In this document: piece by piece, positions 16,701 through 24,607 of the stretch
How the letters are laid out: each line of letters starts with the position of its first letter
Numbering within the stretch: the stretch's first letter is position 1
Sequence record: MT884009.2
DNA length: 64,000 bases
From: Escherichia phage vb_EcoM_bov11CS3
Strand: one strand, 5' to 3'
Translations under genes and position numbers: made by a program
The notes under the pieces: generated by a model
What the model was told of the DNA's origin: nothing
What the model saw: the letters and a program-made list of their open reading frames with translations, nothing else
Database searches by the model: none

Positions 16701-19413
16701 CTGTAAAGATTGCAGGATTTACCCTTGCCTGACGCGGAGGGTAACCTGTAGTTTGGTTAAACCACAAATTACAAGAGTAATCCCTCATATAGTCATAATC
16801 AGAGTATTTGTTTACATCTTCGTTCCAACACATGTTTAGGTTGGTACCGCCCATGCATACAATATATTCTGCGACATACTTATCACTTCTGGTAGGAATA
16901 CCTATGAACCATCTGTTAACAGGCTCATCCCAAGCTGTGCGCTCATCTTTAACGCAGATAGCAATCCAGTCATGTGTTCCTGTTTTCTTGCACACATCGC
17001 GCTTCATACCGTAGTAGAACTCTTTAGTATTTGGCTCAGGTGCGCTTATCAGGTAGCTCCACGCCTGGTCTGCATAGGTTCCGTTGGTGCGAGGGTCATG
17101 ATCAAAGGCATACATGATGATCCTTTCCCCACCAAGATGTTCGCCAAGAGTAACTTTGACATTAACATCGCCGTAACCGTTGCGAACAACATCCATATTG
17201 TCAATAGAGATGCCTCTAGGGGTATAGGCAATCTTCAGCGAGTTATCCTCACTAGTGCCACCAAGTGTAATCCCTATGTTATTTGTTGTCCCGTCGGCAT
17301 ATCTTACTGTAGCTTCCCAGCGTATTCCGAAATATCCTACATCATGGCTGACAATTTTCAGTGTACGAGCGCCAGGGTGAGGTTTTCCAGGATCAGGCCA
17401 GGGGTCTGGGTGTTCGTGGACAGTCAACGACGTTCCGTTTTGCTCGTTAACCTGCAACATTTTACCACCTCTGCCGTTAGGGTTGAACTCCCATACGGCC
17501 TGTGTCTGCACCAAGTTGTTGTAGGTATTTCGTCTCTGATCATAAATCTCTTGGGTAACATCATAAGTGACTGATCCAGCATCCATTCTGTGGAGTCTGA
17601 CCATATACGATGTATCCCCTTCTACTGCAGGCTGAGTCCCATTCAGTCCGAAGTATACAGTATCGTTGACATGGAACTGTTTGTTTCTACCGACAGTATG
17701 CCACTTGCCGTTGGACGGATACGCAGGAACTATGGTGTTCCAGTTCAAAGTCCTTGTCGTGTAAGTTCTGCCTGTGCCATGCTTGTCATGATAGGTTATT
17801 TTTACAGAGTACAGGCCACGTCTGTTAACATTTCTGTTATACTGGGTAACAACAACTTCGTTGGCCCCGCCGTGGTTCCAGTTGGTGGAGAATTGGTAAT
17901 TTGCATCTGTAACAACCGTGCCTGCAGCATTTACCAGCTCAATCTTGTCAATAATGAACGTAGCCCCTTCTGGCTGAGGCTTCAATTTCATCTTGACCGT
18001 GTCACCAATGTAAATATTGCTAACGCTGCTAACACCGTTAACGTCGAAAATATCATCAACACCCCAACTGTCTACTGGGACATTTTTATACCAATTCTCA
18101 GGAACCTCTGTGAACCCCTGACTGTTAAGTCTGCCGCCAAACAGGTTGTTAGAGCCTGCAAAACTTCCCCTTGGGATGCCTGACCACCAAAGTTTACCAT
18201 TAACAACAGTAAAGGTCCCTAAGAAGCCTTCCCTGTGGATGCCTTGGAAATAAACACTCTCTGTCCAGCTAACTGGCAGGCGTTGCTCAACATATTTAGC
18301 TGTAGCAAGAGCTTGATAGTGGATAAAATTGGCCCTAGGGCTATTGTTTGCAGATTGTGCACCAATATCATTACACAAGTTGCGAGAGAATCCACGATAC
18401 TGCTTAGTGCCATTATTGAAGAAAATGCCACTTGTGCCGTACCCACGAGCCATTATTACCTCATGGGTGTAGGTGATATTTAAGGAACGCCATGTGTCAT
18501 CTCCCCAAACGTCTTGCCCGTAGAATACGTTAACAAGCTGCTGGTCATCGGGTCTATGCATCCTCTGTGTGGCAATTATTGCCCCGTTAGGACCACACAT
18601 AAACCCTTTCCACTCCTCATCTGCAGGAATGCCCCTCAAATCGTTACGAGTGATCTGCACAGGAGGCCAAACAAGGTCGTTTCTACTGTTATTTCTCAGA
18701 AAGTCGTATCCAGCAATCCAGAAGCCCCTAGGGCCACCGAAAATAACAGAGTTGTCATGCACCTCGCAGTTGATGCTTGGGTTTTTCCAAGGGCCTGTTT
18801 CAGGATTTTCCGATGTCTCACCGATCTTTACAGGGGTTGCATGCTGATTTTTGTCAACATGAAGAGAGCCGTAAGTATTATTGCCAGAGCCGTACAGGTG
18901 AAGCATACCATCAGCCTCTGGTGCAGCAATTACCCACACTGTATTGTTTACGCCACCCATTACTTCAACAAGTCTCTCAGGATGGGTGTCCAAATGCAAC
19001 CCTGTTACGATCTGTTCCGGCAAAGGTGTCCACTCTCTGACACAAACATCGTTTCCACCTGCTGCCTCCGATCCGATAAGACCAGCTGTGCAACCAATAT
19101 AGAAAAATTTATTATCGAATGTGCGGATTACAAATGCACGGTCAGCTCTCCAAACATGGTCTACGTTCCAAGCTGCCTCATTAGGATAGTTTATTGTATC
19201 AAGATCTCCAGTCCGACACTCTCCGAACCTATTATAGCCAGTAATATTAAGCTGACCATCATCAAAAAGTATAGCTAAGCTATTTACATAGGATACTGTG
19301 TTGCTTGTACCATCACTGTTGTCTATTGGGTATGACAGAACAGCAAGTTCCTTAATTCCACCCCTCTTATCGAGGAAATGACGACCAAGTTTTAGCAAAG
19401 GGATTGGAAGCAT
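13786..19413 (-). CDS. very large virion protein, 1875 aa, putative tail fibre/spike; N-terminal RCC1-like repeat signatures
   Basis: Last gene of the late operon; GGAG before ATG 19413; motifs such as LHLYGSGNNTYGSLHV resemble RCC1-type propeller repeats. Confidence 0.5.
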   Translation of the reverse strand: MLPIPLLKLGRHFLDKRGGIKELAVLSYPIDNSDGTSNTVSYVNSLAILFDDGQLNITGYNRFGECRTGDLDTINYPNEAAWNVDHVWRADRAFVIRTFDNKFFYIGCTAGLIGSEAAGGNDVCVREWTPLPEQIVTGLHLDTHPERLVEVMGGVNNTVWVIAAPEADGMLHLYGSGNNTYGSLHVDKNQHATPVKIGETSENPETGPWKNPSINCEVHDNSVIFGGPRGFWIAGYDFLRNNSRNDLVWPPVQITRNDLRGIPADEEWKGFMCGPNGAIIATQRMHRPDDQQLVNVFYGQDVWGDDTWRSLNITYTHEVIMARGYGTSGIFFNNGTKQYRGFSRNLCNDIGAQSANNSPRANFIHYQALATAKYVEQRLPVSWTESVYFQGIHREGFLGTFTVVNGKLWWSGIPRGSFAGSNNLFGGRLNSQGFTEVPENWYKNVPVDSWGVDDIFDVNGVSSVSNIYIGDTVKMKLKPQPEGATFIIDKIELVNAAGTVVTDANYQFSTNWNHGGANEVVVTQYNRNVNRRGLYSVKITYHDKHGTGRTYTTRTLNWNTIVPAYPSNGKWHTVGRNKQFHVNDTVYFGLNGTQPAVEGDTSYMVRLHRMDAGSVTYDVTQEIYDQRRNTYNNLVQTQAVWEFNPNGRGGKMLQVNEQNGTSLTVHEHPDPWPDPGKPHPGARTLKIVSHDVGYFGIRWEATVRYADGTTNNIGITLGGTSEDNSLKIAYTPRGISIDNMDVVRNGYGDVNVKVTLGEHLGGERIIMYAFDHDPRTNGTYADQAWSYLISAPEPNTKEFYYGMKRDVCKKTGTHDWIAICVKDERTAWDEPVNRWFIGIPTRSDKYVAEYIVCMGGTNLNMCWNEDVNKYSDYDYMRDYSCNLWFNQTTGYPPRQARVNPAIFTDTQVFLTKQANEVQTFKNKYDPNKWFYNCYGAFFWGPGELPGGGSCFEAATYASDRFMGQVKKYKIIPGPETLGNAVDPYIIMSDLRSNMDGTSISMQVPVTNGYKRVVMIIKCDLIGKQVLAENGTSTHLFETALHYQFADSPFAGDKRISDTDAVRCKKFMLGGGWWWYEFDLTDKFTDTSKVVTGLRLDLGENMHKSVCDGTYGDPTIYLKYVSFEHPEDVVYGPKLRLFGNWIAKDRVGMGKKVRGFLMDAGTEDMLVNAVWPELPGTQWNNSAKSINWFNIHRAMWTTNCYLWKELNDGAFGFTGGRRMAIICWTTLQRCYDHDYEIGGRAWKNIRDRIITNFADPNGGGAYGFDCSRLIHLNGSSAYKKEGYSGSMIEWGLVKDARVLMGQQLAAAIGPNAVQSVKPAWFDIPLWSPGAPGTAAINPTTGDLEISWEDLKQVGGWDKTGYQVQWWRADGSLAADEFVKDNFYTMSSAKAQQLFGQATPSTITMSMCCKDNRTGALGPRVAKVFSGIKWNLPVQSVSWKQIGDNKLLVTPACQFNATLNVDPAVAANSAKASDFSVSNTAMADVRKIDTLNARITCKNTYGTFQIINNFTDADSKVVRTASQTLSLGTLAYAALITEQSATLQGGGVGKSIATPVWKPNEWVVFDLTVDFSSDNNWTWVRNCLSQLMGGPSSISDSHDSTDPSVFQVGKTHPETGETLPDRKYALVCISYGKADVTFSGTHTYNGTYNFSRKYSLKAGNIIDEVGALYNPGNGIGIVGGQLQMQEPSITPSNVSGIRKTWESSNTNIATVDATTGLVTFKATGNVTIKFVVTDDAGRKTSSTSFTVKQMAPQWFIWEGNPLDGAYPRPAGTSNMRVFTGPVMNNPTTTTNPTFFGAYIPEIIGLPRNQIQLLFGAGVDGLATFGYSDNIDAARSSGWIGFKFQWNPGGRTLGIASIGVMLPGNQQYHLEAYTNFPS

Positions 19414-19432
19414 TGTGTTCTCCAGATAAGAA

Positions 19433-19454
19433 AACCGCCCCGTCAGGAGCGGTT
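19433..19454 (-). terminator. hairpin (attenuator-like) upstream of the 1875-aa gene
   Basis: AACCGC...GCGGTT stem followed on the minus strand by TTTTCTTATC. Confidence 0.35.
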
Positions 19455-19463
19455 AGATATATA

Positions 19464-21209
19464 TTAACGTTGTGCAATTACTACGTCTACGATATCACCA
19501 ACACCACAATATGTTAATTGCAGCAAGGTAACACTATTAGCCTTGTTATTAATAACAGGCGTTGCCGACAGGATAGCATACTTATCGTGCAAAGTCACGT
19601 TGTGACCTACAGCATCCTGAATGACATAGATAACCGCAGTGAATGGATAAGGTTTATCTTCCGCTGATGTACCAGGCCATTGTCCTATTGTAAAATCCCC
19701 TTTCGCGTGGACAACATACATACTGGCCTGCCCGTTAGGTGTCCATGTCCCACTGGACGCGTCAACCTCCTCTAAATCAAAATCTACCTTTCCTGCGTGG
19801 AAAGTAGGGGCAGTAATGGTTTTACCCGCCTCAATTTCTTGAGAGGTGGTTATCTTGCCACTGGAGTTAATGCCATTACAAACAAAGTTGACATTAGAGA
19901 AGTCTGGCAGCCACCCAGTCACTGTGCCGGATATTTCAAGGTTGTGAAGGTAGGTGGTGCCCGTCCCTGCTGCGTTTAAACTAACATCTCCATTTACCTG
20001 CAAGTTTCTGGTAACGTTGCAGTTTTCAGAGTTTGCAGTTGTTGCAGTTAAAGTAGTGGTTGTCAGCTCGGTAATTACACCTTTGTTGGCTGTAAGCCCT
20101 TCCCCTTCAAAAGTTGCACGCTCATTGACTCTTAGGGTATTCAGAGCTATGTTTTGGATAGAGGCTGTACCTCGAATAACTACAGATCCGCCAACTTCTA
20201 AATCACCATTTATTAATGCGTCCCCCGTGCTTTCAATATAGCTAGGGTAAATCATGGTGCCATCGACAGAGTAGGTTATCCCTGTAACAGTGCCTGTCAC
20301 CTCAAGGTTCTTAACCTTGGTGGTTCCATCTACCTGCAATGTCGGTTCGGTTGCTGCCTTCATGGCATTACCACGAATGTACACGTAGTCAAAAAAGTTA
20401 TTACCTAGACCATCAAAATGCACATCGTTATTATTAGCCACTGGTTTCCCAGAAGTTATAGTGTCAGCTATAACCCTGTGGGTGGACACTTCATGAGGTT
20501 GCAGCTCTGTGCTTCTCCAGTCTGCATGCTTAGGATCACTCCACGCAAAAGTAAGTGTAGAAGTATTTGCCGTGAGGATTAGGTTCCTGAAGCGTGCAGT
20601 AGAATCTGCTCCATTAACAGGCCCATGTAAGGTGAGTGTGCCACCAACTATAGTGTTAGCAAGTTCTGTAAGACCTTTTACCACCAAAGACCCTACAGTA
20701 ACTTTCATTCCCTCCATGGCTTCAAATATGCTATCCACATAGTCAACAACAAACTCTGTGTTTGCTATAGACTCGGATTTGTCGTCCATTGGAGGCGTAG
20801 GTACTCGCGGGTCACCTTCGAACCTCGGACTGTTAAGTTTTGCGTAGTATTTTGCCATTACTGCAGAATCGGTATATAATCTCCAGTTTGGAGATTGTGA
20901 AGGATCTGCTGGCATTCTAACCGGGTTAGATTTTGATGCTGCGGGAGCGTACCACCACTGAGGGCCTGTGTCCCCTTTAAACTCGTACAGCTGGTTAAAA
21001 ACTGTTGTGGATGCACCATACGCCCAAGGGATCGGTGGCGTTTTAAAATAAAGGGTGTCAAGCATGGCTTTTCGTACCGTAGGGATGGTGGTCCCATCCT
21101 CTACGACAACTTCATCCACAGCGTTACCGTTGACAATCAGGTGCAAACGTTCAGAATCAACAATTACTTGATCTACCGCCTGCTCAAAGCTTGTCATGTC
21201 TTGCGCCAT
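19464..21209 (-). CDS. tail fibre protein, 581 aa
   Basis: Position in fibre cluster; Thr/Gly/Asn-rich repetitive beta-type sequence. Confidence 0.55.
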   Translation of the reverse strand: MAQDMTSFEQAVDQVIVDSERLHLIVNGNAVDEVVVEDGTTIPTVRKAMLDTLYFKTPPIPWAYGASTTVFNQLYEFKGDTGPQWWYAPAASKSNPVRMPADPSQSPNWRLYTDSAVMAKYYAKLNSPRFEGDPRVPTPPMDDKSESIANTEFVVDYVDSIFEAMEGMKVTVGSLVVKGLTELANTIVGGTLTLHGPVNGADSTARFRNLILTANTSTLTFAWSDPKHADWRSTELQPHEVSTHRVIADTITSGKPVANNNDVHFDGLGNNFFDYVYIRGNAMKAATEPTLQVDGTTKVKNLEVTGTVTGITYSVDGTMIYPSYIESTGDALINGDLEVGGSVVIRGTASIQNIALNTLRVNERATFEGEGLTANKGVITELTTTTLTATTANSENCNVTRNLQVNGDVSLNAAGTGTTYLHNLEISGTVTGWLPDFSNVNFVCNGINSSGKITTSQEIEAGKTITAPTFHAGKVDFDLEEVDASSGTWTPNGQASMYVVHAKGDFTIGQWPGTSAEDKPYPFTAVIYVIQDAVGHNVTLHDKYAILSATPVINNKANSVTLLQLTYCGVGDIVDVVIAQR

Positions 21210-21218
21210 GATTTCTCC

Positions 21219-21485
21219 TTAAGCTTTTTGCTCTTCGTTTTTAACGTGGTCAGGGTGCTGGCAACCCCACCGGAGCGAGATGAATTTGCTAATAAGCTGG
21301 GGGCAAGCTACTGAAGGCGCGTATATCCACGCATACCATTCAGGAAGCGTATCATTATACCCCATATGAATAAACACCCCAGTCATCACCGCCATGCCTA
21401 TGTTCGACCATAGCTTAGATTGGGACACTTTCGTAGGGTCATCAGATGCCGCAACCAGTCCCCATAAAAACTGAGTTAGTTTCAT
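21219..21485 (-). CDS. small membrane protein, 88 aa (holin-like)
   Basis: Two or three hydrophobic segments (LTQFLWGLVAAS, IGMAVMTGVFIHMG, WYAWIYAPSVA) and a charged C-terminus. Confidence 0.35.
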   Translation of the reverse strand: MKLTQFLWGLVAASDDPTKVSQSKLWSNIGMAVMTGVFIHMGYNDTLPEWYAWIYAPSVACPQLISKFISLRWGCQHPDHVKNEEQKA

Positions 21486-21496
21486 TTACCCTCTTT

Positions 21497-22543
21497 TTAA
21501 GCATAAGATATAGTGATCCATTGACCATTTACAAGTTTTTGGATAGCACCTGTCCAGTAATCACCTTGATAAGGGTGTTTATAAGCGTAGTTACCAGAGC
21601 ACATCACATGTCCAGGGTAGACTCTTGACTCTCTGTAGGTGGTTTTAAAACGGTTTGCTATCCTTACATCATCAACCCCTCTGCTAGGCATAGGGATAGT
21701 AAGGTTACCGCTACTGTCTGCGCCGTTACCATTTACCCTGCGGACCACGTTTCTTCCACCAACTGTTGCATATTGGCCCCTGACGGTTTCATCGTTACAA
21801 TCAACTCTTCCACCTATTTGAGCGCTTCCGCAGGATTGTTGTCCATTAACAGTGGCTCTTGGTATAGTAACTGCATTGGCATTTGCAGAGGAACTTTTTG
21901 CATCGTTGCATTCAAGATTTCCTTGGATAGCCAGTCTTGCACGGTTGGCAGTTATAGCATTGAGCTTCATAGCCGAAAACACAGGCTGCCCACCAGAAGG
22001 CTGAAATCTCCAACGGAACCCGTCTATTTGGTGAGAAGGATCATCAAGGTCTGTGCCGTCAGCACCACCGATGTTGTCCATAATCCAGAAATCCATAGTC
22101 GTCTTGTCTGGCGTTATGGTGGTATATATTGCCGCACTGTCTGTTGACGCAGATGCAAACTCGATTCTTTGGAGACCTAAAGTTTGAGTCTGAGTCATTA
22201 TGTCTCCAGACTTGTCAACATATAGATCGTCCATTTCTTCAGGTGAGTATACATTGAGAACTTGACGTGCAGCAGCTTTGTCTGGAACGTCTGCTAGATT
22301 ATTAGTGACCCTTAAGAATCTATTATCCCATCCTGGGACAACATCTTCTGTTAAATGCTTTAACCACGCAGAAAGCATGTGAAGTTCAAAGTTAACAACT
22401 TCACATGCCATTCTTTGTGTCATATCCCAACCTTTCAATCTCTCTTCTTTTTTTGGTTGAGACTTATTCAACTCTCCCGTATTTTCAAGCACAACATCCT
22501 GATTGGCCCAAATATCAAGAGGGATAACTGGTTTAGTCATCAC
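21497..22543 (-). CDS. tail fibre protein, 348 aa (paralogue of 23555-24595)
   Basis: Shares PL(E/D)IWA, LNAITANRA, GNRNVVRSVNG and C-terminal QKLVNGQWIT with the 346-aa fibre. Confidence 0.6.
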   Translation of the reverse strand: MMTKPVIPLDIWANQDVVLENTGELNKSQPKKEERLKGWDMTQRMACEVVNFELHMLSAWLKHLTEDVVPGWDNRFLRVTNNLADVPDKAAARQVLNVYSPEEMDDLYVDKSGDIMTQTQTLGLQRIEFASASTDSAAIYTTITPDKTTMDFWIMDNIGGADGTDLDDPSHQIDGFRWRFQPSGGQPVFSAMKLNAITANRARLAIQGNLECNDAKSSSANANAVTIPRATVNGQQSCGSAQIGGRVDCNDETVRGQYATVGGRNVVRRVNGNGADSSGNLTIPMPSRGVDDVRIANRFKTTYRESRVYPGHVMCSGNYAYKHPYQGDYWTGAIQKLVNGQWITISYA

Positions 22544-22583
22544 GTTCTCCTGAGAAAATTCCTTAGGACTATTTTAACACTTT

Positions 22584-22619
22584 AGAGAACAAAATGCAAG
22601 AACGGAGTCCTTTCCGTTC
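22584..22619 (-). terminator. Rho-independent terminator-like hairpin
   Basis: GAACGG-AGTCCTTT-CCGTTC stem, followed on the minus strand by TTGCATTTTGTTCTC. Confidence 0.4.
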
Positions 22620-22629
22620 TGACCTTTGT

Positions 22630-22944
22630 TTACCTTTTACTATGCTCTACGAGCATGTGCAAAATCTTTTGTACATCAGCTCGGATGCCGGAGACATCTG
22701 TCCTGACATCCTGCTTAAGGTCGTTAATATCGGCCTCTAGCTTGCTTAACCGGGTCTCGATAACGGAATCAAGTCTATCTTTTGTAACCATACTGTTTTT
22801 CACTAAGATGAGGTCTTTCTCCAGCTCATCTAACCTCTTGGAAATGCCTTTCCATTTGGTGTGCCACTGGTTGAAAGCCCATACACAGATCGGGACAACG
22901 GTACCCATGCAGATACCGTATAATGCCGCCAAATCCAACTCCAC
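22630..22944 (-). CDS. membrane-anchored coiled-coil protein, 104 aa
   Basis: N-terminal hydrophobic segment LAALYGICMGTVVPICVWAF followed by charged heptad-like sequence. Confidence 0.4.
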   Translation of the reverse strand: MELDLAALYGICMGTVVPICVWAFNQWHTKWKGISKRLDELEKDLILVKNSMVTKDRLDSVIETRLSKLEADINDLKQDVRTDVSGIRADVQKILHMLVEHSKR

Positions 22945-22955
22945 AACACCTCCTC

Positions 22956-23540
22956 TTAGAGGGTAGGTCGCTCCGGGAAGAAAATGTCAGGGGCTTTAGA
23001 TGTATCTATTTCAAGAAGTTTTACCCTGTACATTTTCAAATCTCTGATGTTACGTTTCTGGTCATCAGTAAGATCATATTCAAGGTCAATCATGTCTTGA
23101 TAGGCACCAATTCTAGCAGTAGCCCAAGCAAGTTCTGTCTCTATGACACCCTCTGCCTGTTGAACAAAGAATTCATTGTCTGTGACAAATTCATCACCAA
23201 CTAAACGCAAAGCGTCGTGGTGAAGCATAATGTTTTCTGGTACCTCTTCTTTTTTGGCGATAACCACACGAAGACCTGGAGCAGGCCATAAGGCATCAGG
23301 TTCTTCTGTAGATGTCTTAAGAATTCCCTTTTCGTCAACAAGTAGGAAGATACAACCCGGATTTTCTTGTCGTAATGTTCGTGACTGCACATACCAATCG
23401 CCATCATCATTACGTAAAAAATACCCAGTGTATGCGGTGTAATCCTCAACCTCTTGAGGGGTCAGCTCTTTGGTTTCCTTGTTGGCGTGGTATTCGCCAG
23501 ATCCCGGCTGGTAAAGTTTAAACTCTTGAAGTATTTTCAT
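22956..23540 (-). CDS. tfa: tail fibre assembly protein (lambda Tfa-like), 194 aa
   Basis: C-terminal YRVKLLEIDTSKAPDIFFPERP matches the remembered lambda Tfa C-terminus (YRVLLNRVDTSTAPDIEWP); lies directly downstream of a fibre gene. Confidence 0.7.
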   Translation of the reverse strand: MKILQEFKLYQPGSGEYHANKETKELTPQEVEDYTAYTGYFLRNDDGDWYVQSRTLRQENPGCIFLLVDEKGILKTSTEEPDALWPAPGLRVVIAKKEEVPENIMLHHDALRLVGDEFVTDNEFFVQQAEGVIETELAWATARIGAYQDMIDLEYDLTDDQKRNIRDLKMYRVKLLEIDTSKAPDIFFPERPTL

Positions 23541-23554
23541 GCTAGTCCTCCGAT

Positions 23555-24595
23555 CTATGCATAATTAACAGTGATCCATTGACCGTTTACAAGTTTTTGT
23601 AAAGGTCCTGCCCAGTAAGTTGAACCACGCATCTCTTTTTTGTCACCGAAATGCCAGCCTGTGACAACGTAGCCGTTGCGGATTGGAGATTCAGAAACGC
23701 CGTCCACAAGTCTTGCACCGATTCTGATGTCTTGCACACCTGTCTGCGGGATAGTGATCGTTACATCACCGTTACCGTTAGCCGTCACTCCGTTCACAGA
23801 GCGAACCACATTTCTGTTACCGACAACACAGTGCTGGCTTCTTACAACCATACTGTCACAACTTGCACCACCATTAACATATACTGACCCAGCAGTCAAT
23901 TGACTAGCCACATTACAGTTGGTGAATGTTGCGGTATTGCTGATAGTAAGGTTATTACACCTCATGTTATCGACAACTTCAACATTGCCTACCACTTTCA
24001 ACAGCGCACGGTTAGCTGTGATCGCGTTAAGGTACATCAAAGTGAACTCTGGATTAATATCCGGCTGAGTTGGCTGGAATCTCCAACGAAACGCATCTAT
24101 TGTAGATGTGCCACCATCATCAAACGACCCAAAATTATCACTTAACCCAAAGTCGAGAGTTGTCTTATCTGGGCCAATAGTTGTCTCTATCCAAGCCTTA
24201 TCTGTCTCGGCAGCTTTAAAGTTGATACGTTGCAAACCCAATGGGCCTGTCATTGTATCACCTGTAACTTTTACATACCTGGCGTCTGCCTCTTCCTTGG
24301 TAATAATCCCAAGGTTTCTACGGGCAACAGGAATGTTCAAAAGATCACTCAAGTTATTATCACGTACCAGATAACGGCCTTCTTGAGCGGGGATCTGCTC
24401 GTCAGCAATGTATTTTGCCCAAGTTCCGAGCATATTGAAAATATAGTTAAGTTCTTCACATGAGGGCTTTTGACCAAGATCCCAACCTTTTCTCCACAAA
24501 TCATCAATCGGGCGTAGCCTGTTCTGTCTGTGGGTGTTAGGCAGAACCTGATCCTCCTCTGCCCAAATCTCTAATGGAAAACTAGGTTTTGACAT
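23555..24595 (-). CDS. tail fibre protein, 346 aa
   Basis: Paralogue of 21497-22543; followed by the Tfa-like gene. Confidence 0.6.
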   Translation of the reverse strand: MSKPSFPLEIWAEEDQVLPNTHRQNRLRPIDDLWRKGWDLGQKPSCEELNYIFNMLGTWAKYIADEQIPAQEGRYLVRDNNLSDLLNIPVARRNLGIITKEEADARYVKVTGDTMTGPLGLQRINFKAAETDKAWIETTIGPDKTTLDFGLSDNFGSFDDGGTSTIDAFRWRFQPTQPDINPEFTLMYLNAITANRALLKVVGNVEVVDNMRCNNLTISNTATFTNCNVASQLTAGSVYVNGGASCDSMVVRSQHCVVGNRNVVRSVNGVTANGNGDVTITIPQTGVQDIRIGARLVDGVSESPIRNGYVVTGWHFGDKKEMRGSTYWAGPLQKLVNGQWITVNYA

Positions 24596-24607
24596 TTTAT
24601 CTCCTGA

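Noticed and set aside
16972-19278. Plus-strand ORFs of 200, 197 and 254 aa (16972-17574, 17590-18183, 18514-19278) inside the 1875-aa gene
   Set aside because: Fully contained antisense within a continuous 5.6-kb minus-strand ORF; Cys/Ser-rich low-complexity products typical of shadow frames.
21497-24595. Invertible tail-fibre segment (Mu G / P1 C type) hypothesis for the paralogous fibres
   Set aside because: Both fibre genes are on the same strand, no invertase gene and no flanking inverted crossover repeats seen.
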